A DNA stretch of 64,000 nucleotides, taken from assembly GCF_009914755.1 (NCBI RefSeq), contig NC_060935.1; one strand, 5' to 3'. Positions 52,080 to 64,000 of the stretch are shown piece by piece. Position 1 is the stretch's first letter. Each line of letters opens with the position of its first letter. Origin of the DNA: the human T2T-CHM13v2.0 reference genome, Homo sapiens. The notes under the pieces were generated by a model. It saw nothing but the letters and a program-made list of their open reading frames with translations. It did not search any database and was not told where the DNA came from. The position numbers and the translations under genes were made by a program.

Positions 52080-55000
52080 GCTTTTTCACCTTAGGCCTGA
52101 ATGAGCTAACAAATGTCCATTTGCAGAATGGACAAAAACAGTGTTTCCCAACTGATGAGGGAAAAGAAATATTTATCTCTATGAGATGAATGCACACATC
52201 ACAAAGAAGTTTCTCAAAAAGATTTTTTCTAGTTTTTATCCCATGATATTTCATTTTACCAGAGCCCTAAAAGAGCTTTGAAATTTCTCTTTGCATATTC
52301 TATGAAAACAGTGTTTCCACAATACTGAATGAAAGGAAAGGTTTAACTCTGCTAGATGAATGGATACATCACAAAGCAGTTTCTCTGATAGCTTCCTTCT
52401 AGTTTTTATCCTGGGATATTCGCTTTTTTGCCTATGTCCTCAATGAGTTATCAAATATCCCTTTGCAGATTCTACTAAAACAGTGTTTACAAACTGCCTA
52501 ATCCAAAGAAATGTTGAAATCTGTGAGATGAATGCACACATCACAAAGAAGTTTCTCAGAAAGCTTCCTTCTAGTTTTGATCTGAAGTTATTTTCTTTCT
52601 CACCATAGTCCTCAAAGTGCTCCTATATATACCTTTGCAGATTCTATCAAAACAGTGTTTCCAAACAGCTGAATGAAAAGAAAGTTTTAACTCTGAGATG
52701 AATGCACACATCACAAAGTGGTTTCTCAAATAGTTTCCTTCTAGTTTTTATCCTAGGATATTCGCTTTTTCCTGGATGGCCTCATTGAGCTCCCAAATAT
52801 CCCTTCACTCATTCTTCAACAGCAGTGATTCCAAACTGCTGAATCCAAAGAAAGGTTTTACTGTGTGATATGAATGCACACATCACAAAGCAGTTTCTCA
52901 GAAAGCTTCTTTCTAGTTTTCAACTGAAAATATTTCTTTTTACCACAAGCCTAAATGCGCTCCCAAATATCCCTTCACGGTTTCTACAAAAACAGTGTTT
53001 CCAACCTGCTGAATGAAAAGAGACGTTTAACTCTGTGAGATAAATGCACACATCACAAAGCAGTTTTTCAGATAGATTCCTTCTAATTTTTATCATGGGA
53101 TATTCAATTTTTGGCCTTGGCCTCAATGAACTCTCTAATATCCTTTAGTAGATTCTACAAAAACAATGTTTGCAAACTGCCGAATCCAAAAAAAGGTTTA
53201 ACTCTGTTAGATGAATGCACACATCACAAAGCAGTTTCTCATAAAGCTTCTTTCTAGTTTTTATCTGAAGATATTTCCTTTTTCACCCATAGACCTCAAT
53301 ATACTCCCAAATATCCCTTTGCACATTCTACAAAAACGGTGTTTTGAAACTGTTGCATGAAAAGAAAGTTTTAACTCTGTGATTTGAATGCACACATCAC
53401 AAAGTGGTTTCTCAGATAGTTTCCTCTAGGTTTTATCCTGGGATATTCAGTTTTTCACCTTTGGTCTGAAAGAGCCCCCAAATGTCCATTTGTAGAATGG
53501 ATAAAAACAGTATTTCTACACTGCTGAATCCAAAGAATGGTTCAACTCTTAGAGATGAATGTGCATATCACACAGTGCTTTCTCAGAAAGCTTCTATCTT
53601 GTTTTTATCTGAAGATATTTCCTTTTTCACCGCAAGCCTCAATGCGCTCCCAAATATCCCTTTTTGGATTCTGCCAAAACAGTGTTTCTGGACTGCTGAA
53701 TGAAGAGAAGGTTTTAACTTTGTGAGGTGAATGCACACATCACAAAGCGGTTTCTCAGATAGCTTCCTTCTAGCTTTTCTCCTGTGATATTCGCTTTTTG
53801 CCATTGTTGTTAATGAACTATGAAATGTCCTTTCACAGAATGGATGAAAACAGTGTATACAAAATGCTGTTTTCACCAAAAGGATTAACTCAATGAGGTG
53901 AATGCACACATCACAAAGCAGTTTCTCAGAAAGCTTCTTTCTTGATTTTATCTGAATACTTTTGCTTTTCCACCATAGGCCTCAATGCACTCCCAGATAT
54001 CCCTTTGAAGATTCTACGAAAACAGCATTTCCACAATGCTGAATGAAAAGAAAGGTTTAACTCTGTGAGATGAATGCACACATCACAAAGCTGTTTCTCA
54101 GACAGTTTTCTTCTAGTTTTTATTCTGGGATATTCACTTTTTCACCTTTGAACTCAATGACCTCCCAAATGTCCATTTGCAAAATGGACAAAAAGAGTGT
54201 TTCCAAACAGCTGAATCCACAGAAAGCTTTAACTCTGTGAGATAAATGCACACATCACAATGCAGTTTTTCAAAAAGCTTCTATGTAGTTTTTATCTGAA
54301 GATATTTCCTTTTTCACTCTAGGCTTCAGTGAGCTCCCAAATGTCTCTTCACATATTTTACCAAAATAATTTTTCCAAACTGCTGAATGAAAAGAAAGGT
54401 TTAACACTATGAGTTGAAAGCACACTTCACAAAGCAGTTTCTCAGATAGATTTCTCCTAGTATTCATCCAGGGATATTGGCTTTTTTGCTTTGGCCTCAA
54501 TGAGCTCCAAAATGTCCCTACATAGAATGGACAAAAACAGTGTTTCCAAACTGCTGAATCCAAAGAAACTTTTAACTCTGTGAGATAAATGCGCTAATCA
54601 CACAGCAGTTTCTCAGAAAGTTTCTCTCTAGTTTTTATCTGAAGTTATTTCCCTTTTCACCACAGGCCTCAATTCGCTCCAAAATATCCCTTCTTAGATA
54701 CTCCAAAAACAGTATTTTTAAACTGCTGAATGAAAAGACAGTTTTACCTCTGCAAGATGAATGCACACATCACAAAGCGGTTTTTCAAATGGCTTCCTTC
54801 TAGTGTTAAACCAGGGATGTTCTCTTTTTCACCATTGGCCTCAATGAGCACCAAAATATCTGTTCACAGATTCTGCAAAAACAGTGTTTCCAAACTGCTG
54901 AATGCAAAGATTGTTTTAACCCTGTGAGAAGAATGCACACATCACAAAGCAGTTTCTCAGAAAGCTTCTATCTAATTTTTATCTGAAGATACTTCCTTTT

Positions 55001-58000
55001 TCACCATAGGCCTCAAGGCACTCCCAAATATAACTTCGCAGATTATACCAAAACAGTGTTTCCAAACAGCTGAACGAAAAGAAAGGTTTAACTCTGCTAG
55101 ATCAATGTAGATCTCACAAGGTGGTTTCTCAGATACCTGTCAAAACAGTGTTTCCAGACTGCTGAATGAAAAGAAACGTTTATCTCTGCGAGGTGAATGC
55201 ACACATCACAAACCAGTTTCTCAGAGAGCTTTTTTCCAGTTTTTATCCTGGGATATTCGCTTTTTCACCTTTGGCCTCAATGAGCTCTCAAATGTCCATT
55301 GGCACAATGGACAAAAACAGTGTTTGCAAACTGCTGATTCCACAGAAAGGTATATCTCTGTGCGATGAATGCACATATCACAAAGAAGTTTCTCACAAAG
55401 CTTCTTTTTAGTTTTTATCTAAAGATATTTTCTTTTTCACCATAGGCTTCAATGCGCTCCCAGATATACCTTTGCAGATTCTACAAAAGCCGTGTTTCCA
55501 AACTGCTGAATAAAAAGAGAGTTTGAACTCTCTGAGGTGATTGAGCACATCACAAAACAGTTTCTCACAAAGCTTCTTTCTTGTTTTTATCTGAAGATAT
55601 TTCCTTTTCCACCATAGGCCTCAATGTGCTCCCAAACATCCTTTGGGGAATCAGCCAAAACAATGTCTCCAGACTGCTGAATGAAAAGAAAGGTTTAACT
55701 CAGTGAGATGAATGCACACATCACAAAGTGGTTTCTCAGATAGCTTCCTTAAAGTTTTTATCCTGGGATATTCCCTTTTTCCCCATTGGCTTCAATGAGC
55801 TCCCAAATATCCATCTGCAGAATGGACAAAAACAGTGTTCCCAAACTGCTTAGTCCACAGAAATGTTTAACTCTGTGAGACGAGTGCAGACATCACAAAC
55901 CAGTTTCTAAGAAAGGTTATTTGCAGTTTTTATCAGAAGATATTTCCTTTTTCACCATAGGCCTCGAAAAGCTCCCAGTTATCTCTTCGCAGAACCTACA
56001 AAACCTTTGTTTCCAAACAGCTGAATGAAAAGAAAGGTTTAACTCTGTGATATGAATGCACACATCACAAAGTGGTTTCTCAAATGGCTTCCTTGTATTT
56101 TTTATCCTGGGATAATCATTTTCTCACCTTTGGCCTCAATGTACACCCAAATATCCCACTGCTAACAGTGTTAGCAGATTCTAGAACAACACTGTTTCCA
56201 AACTGCTGAATCCAAAGAAAGATTTAACTCTGTGAGAGGAATGCACACATAACAAAGCAGTTTCTCAGAAAGCTTCTTTCTAGTTTTTATCTGAAGATAT
56301 TTACTTTTTCACCATAGGCCTGTAGGCGCTCCCAAATATCCTTTGGTGGATCCTGCCAAAGTAGTGTTTCCAGACTGCTGAATTAAAAGAAAGTTTTAAT
56401 TCTGTGAGGTGAATGTACACATCACAAAGCATTTTCTCAGATAGGTAATCTCTAGTTTTTATCCTGAGACATTCACTTTTTTGCCATTGACCCCAATGAG
56501 CTCCCAAATATCCATTCACAGAATGGACAAAAACAGTGTTTGCAAACTGCTAAATCCACAGAAACGTTTAACTCTGTGAGAATAATGCCCACATCACAAA
56601 GCAGTTTCTCAGAAACCTTCTTCTAGTTTTTGTCTGAAGATATTTCCTTTTTCACCATAGGCCTCAATTTGCTCATAAATATCCCCTCACTGATTCTGAC
56701 AAAACAGTGTTTCCAGACTGCTGAATGAAAACAAAGCTTTAACTCTAGGAGGTGAATGCAGACATCACAAAGTGGTTTCTCAGATAGCTTCCCTCTAGTT
56801 TTTTTCATGGGTCATTTGCTTTTTTGCCATTGGCCAAAATGAGTTCCCAAAGGTCCATTTGTGGAATGGACAAAAACGGTTTTTGCAAACTGCTGAATCC
56901 ACAGAAGGATTAAATTGGTGAGGTGAATGCACACATGACAAAGCAGTTTCTGAAGAAGCATCTTTCTAGTTTTTATCAGAAGATTTTTAATTTTTCTCCC
57001 TAGGCCTCAATGCACTCCCAGATATCCCTTCACAGAATTCCACAAAAACAGTCTTTTCAAACTGCTGAATGAAAAGAAATGTTTAACTCTGTGAGACGAA
57101 TGCACAATTCAGAAAGTGGTTTCTCAAATAGCTTTCTTCTAGTTTTTATCCTAGAATATTTGCTTTTTCGCCTTTGGCCTCAATGAGCTCCCAAATATCC
57201 CTTCGCAGGTTCTAAAACAATGTTTCCAAACTGCTGAATCCAAAGAAAGGTTTAACTCTGTGAGATGATTGCACACATCACAAAGCAGTTTTTCAGAAAG
57301 CTTCTTTCTAGTTTTTATCTGAAGATATTTCCTTTTTAAGCATAGGGCTCAATGTGCTACCAGATATCATTTCACAGAAACTACGAAAACAATGTTTCCA
57401 AACTGCAGAATGAAAGAAAGTTTTAACTCCACGAGATGAATTGACACATCACAAAGCAGTTTCTCAAAGGGCTTCCTTCTAGTTTTAATCCTGGGATAGT
57501 CTTTTTTTTTGCCATTGGCCTTAATGAGCTTCCAAATGTCCATTTTCATAATAGATAAACGCAGTCTTTGCAAACTGCTGAATGCACAGAAAAGTTTAAC
57601 TCTGTGAGATGAATGCACACATCACAAAGCAGTTTCTCAGAAAAATTCTTTCTAGTTTATATCTGATGATATTTCCTTTGTCTCCATAGACCTCAATGAA
57701 CTCCCAAATGTAACTTCACAGATTCTACAAAAACAGTGTTTCCAAACTGCTGAATTTAAACAAAGGCTTAAATCTGAGAGATGAATGCACACATCAGAAA
57801 GTGGTTTCTCAAATGGCTTCCTTCTAGTTTTTTTTTCCGGGATATTCGCTTTCTTGCCTTTGGCCTCATTAAGTTCCCAAATATCTCTTTGCAGGATCTA
57901 CAAGAACAGTGTTTTGAAACTTCTAAATCTAAAGAAAGGGTTAACTCTGTGAGTTGAATGCACACATCACAAAGTGGTTTTGAAGATAGCTGCCTTCTAC

Positions 58001-60750
58001 TTTTTGTCCTAAAATATTTGTTTTTTCACCATTGGTCTGAATAAGCTCCAAAATATCCCTTCACAGATTCTACAACAACAGTGTTTCCAAACAGCTGAAT
58101 CCAAGAAAGATTTAACTCTGAGATGAATAAACACATCACAAAGCAGTTTCTCAGAAAGCTTCCTTATAGCTTTTATCTGAAGATATTTATTTTCTCACCA
58201 TAGGCCTCAAGGAGTTCCAAATAAGCCTTCACAGATTCTGCCTAAACAGTGTTTCCAGACTGCTGAATGACTAGAAGGTTTTAAGTCTGAAAGATGAATG
58301 TACACTTCACGGAACAGTTTCTCAGAAAGCTTCTTTCTTGTTTTTATCTGAAGATACTTCCTTTTTCACCATAGGCCTCAATGTGCTCCCAAATATCCCT
58401 TTGCGGAATCAACCAAAACTGTGTTTCCATATTTCTGAAGGAAAGAATGTTTTAATTCTGTGAGGTGAGTGTACATATCACAAAGCTGTTTCTCAGATAG
58501 CTTCCTTCTAGTTTTGATCCTGGGATATTTTCTTTTATCCTACTGGCCTCAATTAACTCCCAAATGTCTATTCACAGAATGGACAAAAACAGTGTTTGCA
58601 AACTGCTGAATCCACAGAAAGTTTTAACTCTGTGAGAGGAATGCACACATCACAAAGCAGTTTCTCAGAAAACTTCTTTCTAGTTTCTATCTTAAGATAT
58701 TTCCTTTTTCACTGTAGGCCTCAATGTACTCCCAGATATCCTATCACAGATTCCACCAAAACAGTGTTTGCAAACTGCTGAATGAAAAGAAAGGTTTACC
58801 TCTACGAGTTGAATACACACATCACAAAACGGTTTCAAAAATAGCTTCCTTCTAGTTTTTATCCTGAGATGTTCGCTTTTTCATCATGGGCTTCAATGAG
58901 CTCCCAAATATCCCTTCACAGATTCTACAACAATAGTGTTTCCAAACTGCTGTATCCAAAGAAAGGTTCGACTCTGTGAGGTGAATGCACACATCTCAAA
59001 GCAGTTTCTGAGAAAGCTTCTTTGTAGTTTTTATCTGAAGTTATTTCCTTTTGCACCATAGGCCTCAATGCACTCCCAGATATCACTTCACAGATTCTAT
59101 GAAGACAGTGTTTCCAAACTGCTGAATGAAAAGAAAGGTTTAATTCTGTGAGATGAATGGACACATCACAAAGCAGCTTTCTCAGAAAGCCCATTTCTTG
59201 CTTTTATCTGAAGATATTTCCTTTTTTACCATAGGCCTCAATGTGCTCCCAAATCTGACTTTGCAGAAAAACAGTGTTTCCAAACTGCTGAATGAAAAGA
59301 AATGTTTAACTCTGAGAGATGAATGCACACATCACAAAGCGGTTTCTCAGATAGTGTCCTTCTAGTTCTTTTCCTGGGACATACACTTTCTTGCCTTTGG
59401 TTTCATTAAGCTCCAAATATCCCTTTGCAGACAATTCAAGAACAGTGTTTCCAAACTACTGAATCAAAGAAAGGATTAACTTGGTGAGATGAATGCACAC
59501 ATCACAAAGAAGTTTCTCAGGAAGCTTCTTTCTAGTTTTTACCTGAAAGTATTTCCTTTTTCACCATAGGCCTCAATGTGCTCCCAAACATCCCTTCGTG
59601 GATTCTGCCAATATAGTATTCCACACTGCTGTATGAAAAGAAAGTATTAATTCTGTGAGGTGAATGCAGACATCACAAAGCTTTTTCTCAGATAGCTTCT
59701 TTGTAGTTTTTATCCAGGGATATTCGCTTTTTTGCCTTTGGACTAAATGAGCTCCTATATGTCCATTCACAGAATGGACAAAAGCAGTGTTTGCAAACTG
59801 TCGAATCCAAAGAAAAGTGAACTCTGTGAGATGAGTGCACATATCACAGAGCAGTTTCTCAGAAAGCTTCTTTCTAGTTTTTATCTGAAGATATTTCTTT
59901 TTAACCGTATGCCTCAATGTGCTCCCAGACATCACTTCAAAAATTCTACAAAAACAGTGTTTCCAAACTACTGAATGAAAAGAAAGTTTTAATTCTGCGA
60001 GATGAGTGCATACATCACAAAGTGGTTTCTCAGATAGCTTCCTTCTAGTTTTTATCCTGGGATGTTCACTTTTCTGCCATTGGCCTCAATGAGCTCCCAA
60101 ATATCAATTTGCAGAGTCTGCAACAACAGTTTTTCCAAAATCCTGAATTCAAAGAAAGGTTTACCTGTGAGAAATGAATGCACACATCACAAAGCAGTTT
60201 CACAGAAAGTTTTCTAGTTTTTAGCTGAAAATATTTCCTTTTTCACAGTAGGCCTCAATGCGCTCCCAAATATAACTTCTTGGATTCTGTCAAAAGAGTG
60301 TTTCCATACTGCTGAAAGAAAAAAAGGTTTTAACTCTGCAAGGTGAATGCACACCTCAGAAAGCAGTTTCTCAGATAGCCTCCTTCTAGTTTTTATCCTG
60401 GGATATAAGCTTTTTCGCCATTGTTCTCAATGAGCTCCCAAATGTCCATTTGCAGAATGGACAAAAACAGTATTTGAAAACTGCTGAATCCACACAAAGG
60501 TTTAACTATGGGAAATGAATGCACACCTCACCAAGCAGTTTCTCAGACAGCTTCTTTCTAGTTTTAATCTGAAGATATTTCCTTTTTTGCCATAGGCCTC
60601 AAAGTGCTCCCAGATATAACTTTGCAGATTCTATGGAAACAGAGTTTCCAAATTACTGAATCCAAAGAAAGGTTTAACTTTGCAAGATGAATGGACAGAT
60701 CACAAAGCATCTTCTCAGAAAGCTTCTTAGTTTTTATCTGAAGATATGTT
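52080..60750 (-). repeat. Alpha satellite, reverse orientation
   Basis: Orientation switches to ctttttcaccttaggcc...aaatgtccatttgcagaatggacaaaaacagtgtttcc. Confidence 0.96.

Positions 60751-64000
<3,250 letters not shown>

Overview
Hominid, most likely human, pericentromeric DNA. About 42 kb is diverged ~171-bp alpha satellite of an ancient, largely dimeric type. It carries pJalpha-type boxes, I saw no canonical CENP-B box, and there is no live higher-order repeat. The satellite changes orientation twice (~11427 and ~52075). It is interrupted by four LINE-1 insertions with recognisable target-site duplications (TSDs): L1#1 (L1PA4/5-like, 5'-inverted), L1#2 (near full-length L1PA3-like, with a 3' extension containing an L1PA6-like tail and a solo LTR7), L1#3 (near full-length L1PA2-like, 5'-inverted) and L1#4 (5'-truncated and inverted, L1PA3-like). 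There is also a solo LTR13. I see no intact host gene or intact L1 ORF2, and no new protein-coding system. The most notable signals are: (1) neighbouring L1s of different subfamilies share private variants, including three in-frame nonsense mutations, pointing to local gene conversion; (2) an apparent 3' transduction that may have carried an HERV-H LTR into satellite; (3) twin-priming inversions that aim L1 promoters into satellite; (4) repeated fold-back hairpins in the satellite. Subfamily calls and 'non-consensus' calls rely on recalled consensus sequences and on comparing the four copies by eye, so they need RepeatMasker/Dfam confirmation.
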